Positions 18,389 to 28,075 of a stretch of 64,000 nt of DNA are shown here, piece after piece. Position 1 is the first letter of the stretch, and each line of letters starts with the position of its first letter. Location: positions 11,242-75,241 of the forward strand of contig CAYSAF010000001.1 of the NCBI GenBank assembly GCA_964428965.1, written 5' to 3'. Origin of the DNA: Candidatus Woesearchaeota archaeon (GTDB taxonomy: Archaea; Nanobdellota; Nanobdellia; SCGC-AAA011-G17; VGLX01). A program made the translations under genes and the position numbers. Under the pieces are notes generated by a model. It had not been told where the DNA came from, did not search any database, and was given only the letters and a program-made list of their open reading frames with translations.

Positions 18389-18988
18389 ATGGAAAAACCC
18401 AATTATCCTCATTGTAGAATGAAAATGGAAACAAACCATGACGCAAACCAAGAAAAAACATGCAAGAAATCTCTTGAATATAAAAAAAATGTAGGGAGGT
18501 TCTCAAGGTTGACCCAGGAAGAGTTAAGCCGAATAGCAAGAAAAGGTGGTCAAGCAAGGTCAGAACGAAAGAGGCTGTCATCTCAATTAAATCCCATAAA
18601 ATCGGGCAACGCAACATCGGTATTCAATATTGCAAAGTGTGATGACTGCTTAATTAAGGTTGATTGTGATTTCTATAGGCAAGGCTCAGCCTGCCAAGTT
18701 GAGATTAATATCAGAAGGAACATAATCAGGCAATTCAAGGCATTCCAGGGCGATAATCCAAAAGACATGCTTATAGAGATTATGAGGGTTTATAAAAAGC
18801 TTGAGCAGATGGTAGAAGAAGACAAATCTTTCTATAAATATACACAATTATTCCATATGCTTCTGCATCTTTATAGGATGAAGTTTTGTGAGGGGCATTT
18901 TGATAAAAAGATTCTGGAAGATGGGCTTAATATTTCTTTAGAGGTCAAGCGGATTATGAAAGAGCTACGGGGGAGTGCCAAAAAATAA
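18389..18988 (+). CDS. Hypothetical protein (element)
   Basis: 199 aa. Basic N-terminal region (ARKGGQARSERKR). No clear domain. Confidence 0.4.
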   Translation: MEKPNYPHCRMKMETNHDANQEKTCKKSLEYKKNVGRFSRLTQEELSRIARKGGQARSERKRLSSQLNPIKSGNATSVFNIAKCDDCLIKVDCDFYRQGSACQVEINIRRNIIRQFKAFQGDNPKDMLIEIMRVYKKLEQMVEEDKSFYKYTQLFHMLLHLYRMKFCEGHFDKKILEDGLNISLEVKRIMKELRGSAKK

Positions 18989-19050
18989 TGAACCGTAGGT
19001 AAATAATCCTGCTATATGGGTGCTTCAAAAAAAATGTAATTTAAGACACC

Positions 19051-19332
19051 TTAATCCTTTTTAATTTCTGACAATATTTTGTTTGCCTGCTGTAAGACTT
19101 TCTTGCCTTCTGAAGTTAATTTATAAAACTTATAGTTCCTGTCGTCTGGATTGACACATTTGATTAACTTTTTTCTCAGCAACTCATTCAAAACCCTGCT
19201 TACATGGGACCTGTACATTCCAGTTTGCTTTTCAATCTGGGCAGAGATTTTCTGACCTTCCTGTAAAACCCGAAGTATACCTAAACGATTTTTTGCTCTT
19301 AATACATAGGAGACTACATTCTGTTTACCCAT
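19051..19332 (-). CDS. Winged-helix transcriptional regulator (ArsR/MarR-like)
   Basis: 93 aa. RLGILRVLQEGQKISAQIEKQTGMYRSHVSRVLNELLRKKLI matches a recognition-helix + wing pattern. Confidence 0.6.
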   Translation of the reverse strand: MGKQNVVSYVLRAKNRLGILRVLQEGQKISAQIEKQTGMYRSHVSRVLNELLRKKLIKCVNPDDRNYKFYKLTSEGKKVLQQANKILSEIKKD

Positions 19333-19422
19333 GAGTTACCATACACATACCATAATTAAAACAAAGTATTACCAAATGAGTTACCAAAAATATTAAATAC
19401 GACAACATATTATATAGATATA

Positions 19423-19833
19423 ATGGAGAAGAAAAAGGCGGTTTGGATAGGAGTATTAGGATTCTTAACCTTTGTATTCCTTCTGATAGTTATATTTGGA
19501 GATAGTCCGGAAGAAGCGGCAGAAAAACAAAGACTTCTCACAGAGCAAGCACAAAGAGAAGATGCTATAAGAGCTGAACAAAAAGCCAACCAATGCCCAA
19601 AGCAAGGCATATTACAATCTGATTGGGATTATTGTGTTGAGTTGTGTGTGTTAGGAAAGAGTGATGCTTTGATTAACGAAGAACAATGTGAAAAAATCTG
19701 TGATACAACTGAGTATTACCAAGGTAGTGAGGGTTTGCAGAAAAGAATTATGAATTATAAATGTAAAAAGTGTGGAGAATGCACAGAGGAACAATTAAAA
19801 GAAATGAATGTAAGTAATGAGGTAGAAGAATGA
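19423..19833 (+). CDS. Cys-rich membrane-anchored or secreted protein (element)
   Basis: 136 aa. N-terminal TM (VWIGVLGFLTFVFLLIVIF). 10 Cys in the C-terminal half. Confidence 0.4.
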   Translation: MEKKKAVWIGVLGFLTFVFLLIVIFGDSPEEAAEKQRLLTEQAQREDAIRAEQKANQCPKQGILQSDWDYCVELCVLGKSDALINEEQCEKICDTTEYYQGSEGLQKRIMNYKCKKCGECTEEQLKEMNVSNEVEE

Positions 19834-20432
19834 ATATACGATTTATCATAGGGATAATTATAATTCTAATCCTAATTGACATAGTAACCGCTATGGTTTG
19901 TAAAACTGATTATGAAGATAAAGATTATCTCAAATGTCTTGAATGGAGAAAAGAAAGGATTAAAGAATGTGAAGATGACCCAGACTGTGCAGGTATTTGT
20001 GACGAGTTAGAAGATGGAAATTATAGTTCATGCCTAGTAATATCTGAATGTAATCCGCCCCAAAAATGTCAAAGTGAGTTTGGAGAAGGAGAGCCTCCGG
20101 TTGAACAACAACCTATATGTAGTACATGCCCTCCGGCTTGTAAGCTAAAAGACCCAAATGATACCTGTGGCGAATGCATATGTCCAGAAAATCATGGTTT
20201 TTGCACCCATGAAGTAGGAGTGAGGAAAATTATCAATAACACATCTATCTATTGCATTGATGGATTATGGCTACAACAAAAAGAAGATAACCAAACCTGC
20301 CAGAATAGCTTTGAATGTATTAGCAATTTTTGCAGTAAAGACTTTTGCTATGATATTTCTAAACAAGTTGAAGAAAATAAATCTCTATTGAACAGCATTC
20401 TTGATTGGATAAAAAAATTCTTTAGGATATGA
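19830..20432 (+). CDS. Cys-rich secreted protein (element)
   Basis: 200 aa. N-terminal hydrophobic segment, about 30 Cys. 4-nt overlap with the previous ORF. Confidence 0.45.
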   Translation: MNIRFIIGIIIILILIDIVTAMVCKTDYEDKDYLKCLEWRKERIKECEDDPDCAGICDELEDGNYSSCLVISECNPPQKCQSEFGEGEPPVEQQPICSTCPPACKLKDPNDTCGECICPENHGFCTHEVGVRKIINNTSIYCIDGLWLQQKEDNQTCQNSFECISNFCSKDFCYDISKQVEENKSLLNSILDWIKKFFRI

Positions 20433-20567
20433 TATCTAAATACCAAATTAAATCATCCCGATTTTTCGGAATCATTTCCCATTTAAAACCGGTAATTCTT
20501 ATTAAAAGGGTAATATAATTTCATTGAATTACTATAACATTTATACCCAGAGGGGAGCCAATCAGGG

Positions 20568-21161
20568 GTGGACATGAAAAAGTTTAAATATCTCTATAAC
20601 TACTTAAAAATGATGAAATACACGCTAATTATGGGATTGGTTTTGACTGTTGTTTTAGTTAGTGGATGTGGTAATACCACAGGCGAGACAACAAAAGAGA
20701 TAACTAAATACGTATGCCCTGATGGCAGGACAGTTCTTGACAGTTCGTCATGCTTAAAATTAGACTGTTCAACCTGCCCTGTGAAGATGGAAACAAAAAC
20801 AGTTAAAGAACCTATTTATGTCTGCCCTGATTTGACCGAAGTTAAAGATAAGAAAGACTGTATTAATGCTGATTCAGAAGGATGGTATGATGTGATTACT
20901 TTGCATGGAAGTGGACAAACTACCACACAAAAATTCCATATAACAGGTAATGAATGGAGATATTCAGTTAAATGTGACCTTTCAACTGCAGGTTACAATA
21001 TTGTTATTTACGATAAAAACTCAAAGCATATAACAATGAACTTGATGGTCCCTTGCAACGACCAATTTGAGGAATATTCTTATGTTTATCAAGGTGATAA
21101 TGATTTTTATTTTGACATTTATGCAACAAATTGGGAAGTAAAAGTAAAGGCTAAAAAATAG
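20568..21161 (+). CDS. Putative lipoprotein (lipobox LVSGC), Cys-rich
   Basis: 197 aa. MMKYTLIMGLVLTVVLVSGCGNTT is a signal peptide with an L-V-S-G-C lipobox. The mature part has repeated CPDG/CPDL motifs. Confidence 0.45.
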   Translation: MDMKKFKYLYNYLKMMKYTLIMGLVLTVVLVSGCGNTTGETTKEITKYVCPDGRTVLDSSSCLKLDCSTCPVKMETKTVKEPIYVCPDLTEVKDKKDCINADSEGWYDVITLHGSGQTTTQKFHITGNEWRYSVKCDLSTAGYNIVIYDKNSKHITMNLMVPCNDQFEEYSYVYQGDNDFYFDIYATNWEVKVKAKK

Positions 21162-21355
21162 AAAGCTAAGGATTTCTCCTTAGCATCATGTTCTATCAGA
21201 GCGTCAGCTCCTTAAATTTAAAAAGAGTGATAAAGAAATAGACTTTTTTAACAAACACTACTTATTTAACAAAGCTGTTTTAAAAACGACAAGTTAAAAA
21301 ACATAAAGTAACCTCTTTTTATGGAAGATGGGGGAAGTAGGTTATAGGAGGGTAT

Positions 21356-21988
21356 ATGGTCTATGCAATTAGAATTCATATTATGAATTATACATATAGT
21401 TATTATGGTGGTTTTGTGGCAGGAATATTAATAGCCTTTGCTCTTGGACAGAATCCTATCAAACATAATTTAGTTAACTTATTATTCTTTATGATTTTTA
21501 CATATCTTTTTGGTTTGGTTTGTGTATCGTTTATTTATTGGTGTTTAAAGCCTTATGAACACAATGAAACTGTACCTTTGAGTAAAAAAAGGAAGACTTA
21601 TAAGTTAAGAGGGATTATGGTATACATAAAGGGGTTGTATCTTATGAACGAATTTGATAAAAGATTATTCACTGCTTTGAAGTTTTTTGCAGATAATACT
21701 AACGTTACGATACTAAATATAAGACAAGAAAATATGGACTGGTATAGAAGACAAGTTCCAACAGATATGGAAGAATATCTCAGTAGAATGGATTATATTT
21801 CACTAAACAGAATGAGGTATATCCCTCCAGCGGGAACTGGTCAAGGTCAACGTATAATAACTTATGCAGGGCTTACTGAGTTAAGAAAGTTGGAAGAAAT
21901 AAGATATAGAGACAGAGTGGTTATTATAGCTTTAATAGCATTATTACTGTCTCTGTATACTTTTGCAAAAACACAGGGGTGGATTTAA
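21356..21988 (+). CDS. Membrane protein (element), 3-4 TM
   Basis: 210 aa with hydrophobic helices at the N- and C-termini. Confidence 0.4.
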   Translation: MVYAIRIHIMNYTYSYYGGFVAGILIAFALGQNPIKHNLVNLLFFMIFTYLFGLVCVSFIYWCLKPYEHNETVPLSKKRKTYKLRGIMVYIKGLYLMNEFDKRLFTALKFFADNTNVTILNIRQENMDWYRRQVPTDMEEYLSRMDYISLNRMRYIPPAGTGQGQRIITYAGLTELRKLEEIRYRDRVVIIALIALLLSLYTFAKTQGWI

Positions 21989-22282
21989 ATGGGTATAAGA
22001 GAAGATGCTGGAAAGATATTATTGTTTGTATATAAAAAGTATATAAATGAAGAATATTATTTAAATACTGAAAGTATAATAAAAGGGACTAAATTACCAG
22101 CTAAAAGAATAAATAGTGCTATCACCTATCTAAAAGATATTGGTGCTATCCAAATTACATTATTCTTTGGGAAGACAGATGGTGTTTATAATTTCGAGAT
22201 TGATGGTTTAACGCCTAGAGGGATTGATATTGTAGAGAACAAAAAGAAGTTTAAGAGTATTTTTGGAATACGAGAAGGGTAA
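21989..22282 (+). CDS. Hypothetical protein (element)
   Basis: 97 aa. Its start abuts the previous stop. Confidence 0.35.
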   Translation: MGIREDAGKILLFVYKKYINEEYYLNTESIIKGTKLPAKRINSAITYLKDIGAIQITLFFGKTDGVYNFEIDGLTPRGIDIVENKKKFKSIFGIREG

Positions 22283-22428
22283 GGGGGTTTAAAAATACAA
22301 AAACCATGTCTATTGTATACTGTTTGTATTTGGTAATTCATACATCTAATCAAAACTCACTAAGCTTCCCCTGTCCTTTAGCCTTCTTATGATTCCGCCA
22401 AGTCATCTAAGACTTACGGAGAGATAAA

Positions 22429-22923
22429 ATGCCGCCAAGATGGATACATGATGCTATGGATATAATTTGGTGTGCTAGAAGTTATTGGGAAATACACAAA
22501 GAAAAAGATGCACCCTCACAGATTTTGGGTTATAAACATAGGAAGGTAAAACATGAATATTACCAAAAGTTTAAGGATGTTGAAGAATTTATTGAAAATT
22601 TATCAAATCTAGATATAAAGACTGAAGAAGAAGGGGTAAAAGTTACACATGATTTATTAGATAAAATGTGGGACAGCTCATCTAAAGAGGAAAGAGAGTG
22701 GCTTGCTGGCTTTTTCCTTTTTATTATTTTAAATCCAGATGTTCTTTGGGAATGGGCAGGAGTTAATCCAAAAAAAGGCATATCTAAATTTTATGACCCA
22801 AAAGAAAAGAAGATAAAAATTGAACATAATACTCAGCTTAAAAAAGATTATCTGCAATTAAGGGCTTATGTAGAAAATAAAACAGTTGAAGAGTTATTAT
22901 ATATGCCCCCTAAAAACTTATAA
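22429..22923 (+). CDS. Hypothetical protein (element)
   Basis: 164 aa. No motif recognised. Confidence 0.4.
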   Translation: MPPRWIHDAMDIIWCARSYWEIHKEKDAPSQILGYKHRKVKHEYYQKFKDVEEFIENLSNLDIKTEEEGVKVTHDLLDKMWDSSSKEEREWLAGFFLFIILNPDVLWEWAGVNPKKGISKFYDPKEKKIKIEHNTQLKKDYLQLRAYVENKTVEELLYMPPKNL

Positions 22924-22950
22924 ATTTATTTGCATTCTAATGCTATCCTT

Positions 22951-24333
22951 TTAACTGTAACTACCTTGCAAAACTAGATTATTATTAGCATCTCTTAAAT
23001 AAAATGTATCGCCATCATTATTCCAGACAGCCGAAGTGCTTCCCCAATATAATTTTTCTGCTGTATTAGTGCCAGAACCAGTATAAAGGGTTACACTAGT
23101 TTGTGGATAAAGGTTAAATGTTGGGAATGTATAAACATGATTTGCTAAGTCACTTATAGTCCAAGAAATCATATCTACAGGAAAACTACATGTGTTCTTT
23201 AAAGTAACATACTCGTCGTTTAAGTTATAATTATCGTTTCCATAAGCATCATAATGAAAATTTGAGATAACAAAACAATCAGAATAATCTTCTTTAGCTC
23301 TTTTCCATAAACAACCAGTAGCATCTTGTTTTGCTTCTGCCTCTGCTTGCTTCATTTGAGTTTCATATTTCACATTTGGACTAATAATCCAAACAGTGGC
23401 TAAACCCTCCCTAACTAATGCTAGATTAACAAATGTATCACCAACATAAATATACCTTAACAATCTATCATATCTATCTTTATCCTCAACATCTTTTTCA
23501 AGAGTTACCTCTTTATTTAACACCAACTGCCCTAAACTATCTTTTGCTTCTTGATAACATGGTTGTCCACTTTCAGCTGAGTTTATTTCAAGTAATCTAA
23601 CTTTTTCTCCCGTGTTCAATTCAATTGTATCACCATCTATAACTCTTGTAACAATATAACCTGAACAATCTGGGCAATCTTTACACTCATTTGTTGCACA
23701 AATATTGTCATCTTTACAGCCACATCCAACCCCTGCACTCCCACCACTATTAGATGCATTTTCTGGTTCTGGATTGCATTTTCCTTCTGAACAGCCATAT
23801 GGACACTTGTAGTATTCTGAATCCAATTTAGAATTTTTACAGTAATACTCAATTAGATAATTTTCATATCCTACATTAGTATCGCACTCATCATATACTT
23901 TGCCTTTAACACTATAATATATGTATCCTTTAGTATGATAATCCTTTCCGTTATCTGTATCTTCACAAGGTTTACATTTTGCGTTTTCACATCCATAAGA
24001 ACATAACTCATTAAAAACCCAGCTAAAGCTACAATTTGAATGTTGATATTTCCTTTGAATATTATTTCCATCACATCTATACTCATCTAAGTATCCTACT
24101 TCACAAGTTTTCTTTTCTTCTTGTCCTATTTGTATTTGTTCCTTTTGTCTTTGAATTTCTGCTTGTTTAGATTTATCTTGATTAGCAATAGTATCGTTAT
24201 CAACTAAACTTCTAGAAGCAAGAGAGTTATTATTCTGCTTTACTACATGACCAGTTGGTCTTAAGCTAATACTGATAAATAAAATAGTTAAGATTACTAG
24301 ACAAGTAATCAAATATTTTATATTCCTTTTCAT
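22951..24333 (-). CDS. Secreted nuclease: Cys-rich N-terminal region + staphylococcal-nuclease-like (SNase) domain + C-terminal lamin-tail domain
   Basis: 460 aa. Signal/TM LITCLVILTILFISISL. SNase-like core GYIVTRVIDGDTIELNTGEKVRLLEINSAE...DRYDRLLRYIYV. The C-terminus NDEYVTLKNTCSFPVDMISWTISDLANHVYTFPTFNLYPQTSVTLYTGSGTNT...VWNNDGDTFYLRDANNNLV matches the LTD pattern. Confidence 0.6.
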   Translation of the reverse strand: MKRNIKYLITCLVILTILFISISLRPTGHVVKQNNNSLASRSLVDNDTIANQDKSKQAEIQRQKEQIQIGQEEKKTCEVGYLDEYRCDGNNIQRKYQHSNCSFSWVFNELCSYGCENAKCKPCEDTDNGKDYHTKGYIYYSVKGKVYDECDTNVGYENYLIEYYCKNSKLDSEYYKCPYGCSEGKCNPEPENASNSGGSAGVGCGCKDDNICATNECKDCPDCSGYIVTRVIDGDTIELNTGEKVRLLEINSAESGQPCYQEAKDSLGQLVLNKEVTLEKDVEDKDRYDRLLRYIYVGDTFVNLALVREGLATVWIISPNVKYETQMKQAEAEAKQDATGCLWKRAKEDYSDCFVISNFHYDAYGNDNYNLNDEYVTLKNTCSFPVDMISWTISDLANHVYTFPTFNLYPQTSVTLYTGSGTNTAEKLYWGSTSAVWNNDGDTFYLRDANNNLVLQGSYS

Positions 24334-24422
24334 CTTTCCTTTAGTTAATTATGTTACAATATAACACAGCCCCTGCTTTTTAAAGATTATGGCTTAAATA
24401 AGCAAAATTAATTAATACTTCT

Positions 24423-25211
24423 TTATTCTAATTTAATTGGACTACTCTGAATTAGTTTTATATCAACTGTTGGTTCACCAAAGCCACTAAGAATAAAGTT
24501 TGTAGCCTCTGTATCTGATGGGATTTCAAAGGCTAATTCTCCTGTTATATGTTCTCTTGGTAGAATTGATGAGTAAAAGCTAATTCTATCAAATTCGTAT
24601 TTATTTTTCTCACCTTCACTAACTTCTTTATAACCACAACCATATAAATCAGCTTCTTCATAAATATACCCTTTATCAACTTTCAACTCTTCTTTGTAGT
24701 AATCTAAATTGTCTTGTTTTATTCCATTATTTGTGATTGTTAAGGTTAAGATAACAAATTTATAATTTGATTTTGGTTGACATATATAACAGTTAGTAAT
24801 TTCTGTATATTCACTATAATAACAATCTCTTATAATCTTACTATCATCTTTAACAGAAGTAACTACCAAAGAGAAATTTCCAATATTTACGGCTTGATTT
24901 ATTGTGCCGTTGATAATTTCTGGATTTTCTATCTCCTGTGTGATTTTCTCTAAGCTTTTAGTTGTAGTAATAAACACAAATAAAACAGATAAAATAATTA
25001 CTGCAATAACAATTAATATAATTCCGAGTATTTTTGGTGTTGTTCCTTTCTGGCAGATTAGAAAAATTGCAATAGCAAGACCTAAAATTTCTACTAATAA
25101 AGTAGCTACTGAAATTCCCAGCAGAGTTAAAAATAGCCCAACTACAAATAAGACTACAACAATCCAAGTCTTCAGTCCTTTTCTTTCTCCTTTGATTTTG
25201 TTCCTACTCAT
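24423..25211 (-). CDS. Membrane protein with 3 N-terminal TM helices and an extracellular beta-rich domain
   Basis: 262 aa. KTWIVVVLFVVGLFLTLLGISVATLLVEILGLAIAIFLI...ILGIILIVIAVIILSVLFVFI. Confidence 0.45.
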   Translation of the reverse strand: MSRNKIKGERKGLKTWIVVVLFVVGLFLTLLGISVATLLVEILGLAIAIFLICQKGTTPKILGIILIVIAVIILSVLFVFITTTKSLEKITQEIENPEIINGTINQAVNIGNFSLVVTSVKDDSKIIRDCYYSEYTEITNCYICQPKSNYKFVILTLTITNNGIKQDNLDYYKEELKVDKGYIYEEADLYGCGYKEVSEGEKNKYEFDRISFYSSILPREHITGELAFEIPSDTEATNFILSGFGEPTVDIKLIQSSPIKLE

Positions 25212-25421
25212 GATTAATTAGTGAGGGGGTGTTCCTTTATAAATGTCTTGTGCCATGTTGTTTCTTTAACCCTATTGCTTATAATTAGATTTGTTAGCAA
25301 AAGTCAAAATACTTATACGTACCCTCTTGGGATAAGCCCACCCCGTGCCTTAAAATATGTGAACAGACGTTTAAAATAGGGTTATGGTACTGTCTCAAAA
25401 AAAGGGTTGCTTTTTTGCCTA

Positions 25422-25895
25422 TCACTCCTTACTTTTATCGTTTGTTTCCTCCTCATAGGTGTCCTCCCTATCATCCACTTCCGAATTATCATCCAAACCG
25501 ACTTCTTTGTTAAACTGTTTTCTCAAATTATCGACTTTTCTGAGATTAAGTTCCTCAATAGCCTTGAATTTGTCAGGATGATAATGTCGCCTGTTATTAT
25601 CTGATTCTATTCCTTCTTCAAAGTGTGATACTTCATGAACTATTGTGTACCATGCATGACCCGTAAGTTCATCTTTGGAATATAATTTTTCATCAAATGT
25701 TATGGATGATTTAGGATTTTTTTTCCATCTTGCGTAATCTTTCATACTGAATGGTGCCAGTCCTTCATCCCTGAATATTCCTCTACGAGTATGATGTGTG
25801 TCTCTGAAGAAAACATACACATCTACATCATACAATCTTCGCATTACTTTCTTGGTATACTTAACCATTATCTTTTGTTTATCCATATTCTTCAC
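25422..25895 (-). CDS. Putative HExxH metallopeptidase-like protein
   Basis: 157 aa. GHAWYTIVHEVSHFEEG contains HEVSH. Confidence 0.35.
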   Translation of the reverse strand: MKNMDKQKIMVKYTKKVMRRLYDVDVYVFFRDTHHTRRGIFRDEGLAPFSMKDYARWKKNPKSSITFDEKLYSKDELTGHAWYTIVHEVSHFEEGIESDNNRRHYHPDKFKAIEELNLRKVDNLRKQFNKEVGLDDNSEVDDREDTYEEETNDKSKE

Positions 25896-26216
25896 CTATT
25901 GGGGGATGGGGGCCCTAAATGGCACACACCCGTTTTCAATGTTCGAGCTATTGTACTGTTTCAAAAAAAAAGGAAAAAAGTAACTGGTTTATTGAAATCA
26001 ATCAATTAATGCAGTTACTTAGTTAGTGGATATTTTTTCCTCCAGGGAGGGCGGAAATCCACTTCTACCTTTCCATACTTTTTTTCATATTCCTCACATT
26101 CTTTAACAAATTCGTCCCACTTACTCCAATCTTCTATTGTGGGGTATGGTGGTTTTTTCTCATTATTTGTTCTATCCATTTTATTACCTCCTGTTTTTAT
26201 TTTACAAAATGTATAA

Positions 26217-28013
26217 TCAATCCGGGGCTGACAAATCCATAAGTTCTTTTAGCTTCGCTATGAGATGGGGGTCTGATTTTAACACTTGGTACATTGCTTC
26301 CTTTATATCCCCACTATAGGGGGCTGTACTAATGTTCTTGTTGAATAGCTCCCTTTGTAGCTCATCTTCTTTCTGCTTAATCTTTGTTAATGATACTGCT
26401 GTCTTTAGCGTTAGTGGATAGCCACATTTAAGGCAGAATTTTGCTTCTGAAGGGTTTCCATAATTACATAGCGTGTTTGGGCATATACCAATCTCCAACA
26501 AACAATCTTTTTCTTCCTTTTCTTTTGGCTTTAACCCATAGTTTTCTAAAATCTTGTTGGCTACATCCTTCTCGTCTAAGTGCACGTAGACCGAAGCCAT
26601 ATTTGATTCTTCACCCCACCCAGCATGGATTTTAAGCTCTGATTCTGATAGAATCCTTGCCATTCTTGTAAGGTTTGTATGCCTGAACAGGTGCGCATGT
26701 ATGTGCCTTGTTACTCCTGCCTTCCTTGCGGCCCTTTGTAGAATCTTGTTAATGCCTACCGGTGTAAGCCTCTGACCATACCTGCTTTCTTTTGTTGAGA
26801 CAAAAAGAGGGGCTTCTGGGTCTTCCTTAATAGGATGGTTTAGTAGCCATAGCCTCAGATGAGGCACTGAATAGAAAAGCTGGTTTGTCCTTTCGCCGGT
26901 CTTGCCTCTTAGGACAATAGTTGCTATGGAATGGCTGTATTCAGCCCCTTCAAGCGAAATCTCGTTTATCCTGAGGTCTTTAATATTGGTATTTATGATT
27001 TCCCCTACCCTTGCAGAGCAGTCAGCTATAAGCCCAATTAAAGCCTTATCCCTTGTCTCACCACAGCAGTCTATCATTGCCTTAATCTCCTTGTCAGAGA
27101 GAATCTGCTTTCTAAGCTTATCGTGGCTTTTCTTTCTTTTTTGGTATAGCCATGACACAACAGGTGGGTATGTTCTTGGCTGTTCTTCCCCAAAGAATCC
27201 ATATACAAACCTGTAGAAGTCAAGCAGGTGTGCCTTATATGAGATATTTATCTTGACCTTTTCATCTGCTTCTCTCTTTGAGCTGATAGACCTTGCTACC
27301 TCACTTAAGAAGCCTTGGATATCCTCCATTTTGGCTTCTTTGAATGTTTTGTTTATCTCTTTCAAGTACAGCCCGAGCCTCTTAAGGAAATAGAGTTTGC
27401 TTACAAATCCTGTGTAAGATTCAACCTTACCGCTAGCAATCTTATAGTCTAGGTAGTCATTAAGCGTTTTAAGGTTATCCCTATCCAGAATCAGATGAGG
27501 GTATTTAGACCTTAGCTCCTCTTTGGATAGACTCCTATCTGCTTTCCTGTTAGTTGTTATAATCTCATTATTAAGTAATGCCATAACCCTTTGTTTACAA
27601 AGGAATTCCCTTGATTTCTCAGGCTTTTTTATCACCTTAGGCTTAGGATATGCCAATTCGGAATTAACGCTTAAATCCGTGTATTTCATTATCCAGCGGT
27701 AGAATAAGTTAACCCTATACCTATAGCCCATTACCGATGACTTCTTTACCTTCAAGACCCGGTTGTTTGTAATTGTTTCATTGCTTTCCCTCTTAAAGTT
27801 GAGGTAGTGTTCTAAATCCTCAGGGGCGGCATCCTCATATGGATTCTTTATAAACAGCCCGAATTCCCTTATGGTATATGCCATGCCCAAGATTTGGGCA
27901 TCTGTCTTAAAGACCTTCAGGTGCTTTATCCACATTGCTATTACCTCTTCTTGATGCTCGGTTAGCCTTTCATCCCTGAGCAACAAGCCCAATTTTTGGC
28001 TGTCTGTTCTCAT
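26217..28013 (-). CDS. Tyrosine recombinase (site-specific integrase) with a zinc ribbon in its C-terminal region
   Basis: 598 aa. Catalytic-domain residues in order: ADCSARVGEI (R), LRGKTGERT (K), HAHLFRHTNLTRMA (HxxR), HAGWGE (W), ASVYVHLDEKD (Y). A CPNTLCNYGNPSEAKFCLKCGYPL ribbon follows the Tyr region. The gene is intact and adjacent to the right junction. Confidence 0.8.
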   Translation of the reverse strand: MRTDSQKLGLLLRDERLTEHQEEVIAMWIKHLKVFKTDAQILGMAYTIREFGLFIKNPYEDAAPEDLEHYLNFKRESNETITNNRVLKVKKSSVMGYRYRVNLFYRWIMKYTDLSVNSELAYPKPKVIKKPEKSREFLCKQRVMALLNNEIITTNRKADRSLSKEELRSKYPHLILDRDNLKTLNDYLDYKIASGKVESYTGFVSKLYFLKRLGLYLKEINKTFKEAKMEDIQGFLSEVARSISSKREADEKVKINISYKAHLLDFYRFVYGFFGEEQPRTYPPVVSWLYQKRKKSHDKLRKQILSDKEIKAMIDCCGETRDKALIGLIADCSARVGEIINTNIKDLRINEISLEGAEYSHSIATIVLRGKTGERTNQLFYSVPHLRLWLLNHPIKEDPEAPLFVSTKESRYGQRLTPVGINKILQRAARKAGVTRHIHAHLFRHTNLTRMARILSESELKIHAGWGEESNMASVYVHLDEKDVANKILENYGLKPKEKEEKDCLLEIGICPNTLCNYGNPSEAKFCLKCGYPLTLKTAVSLTKIKQKEDELQRELFNKNISTAPYSGDIKEAMYQVLKSDPHLIAKLKELMDLSAPD

Positions 28014-28075
28014 TTTCCTCCTTTTAGGAAGGGATTGGCATTATTTTAAGCCTGACTGCCTAACCATATAAGTAA

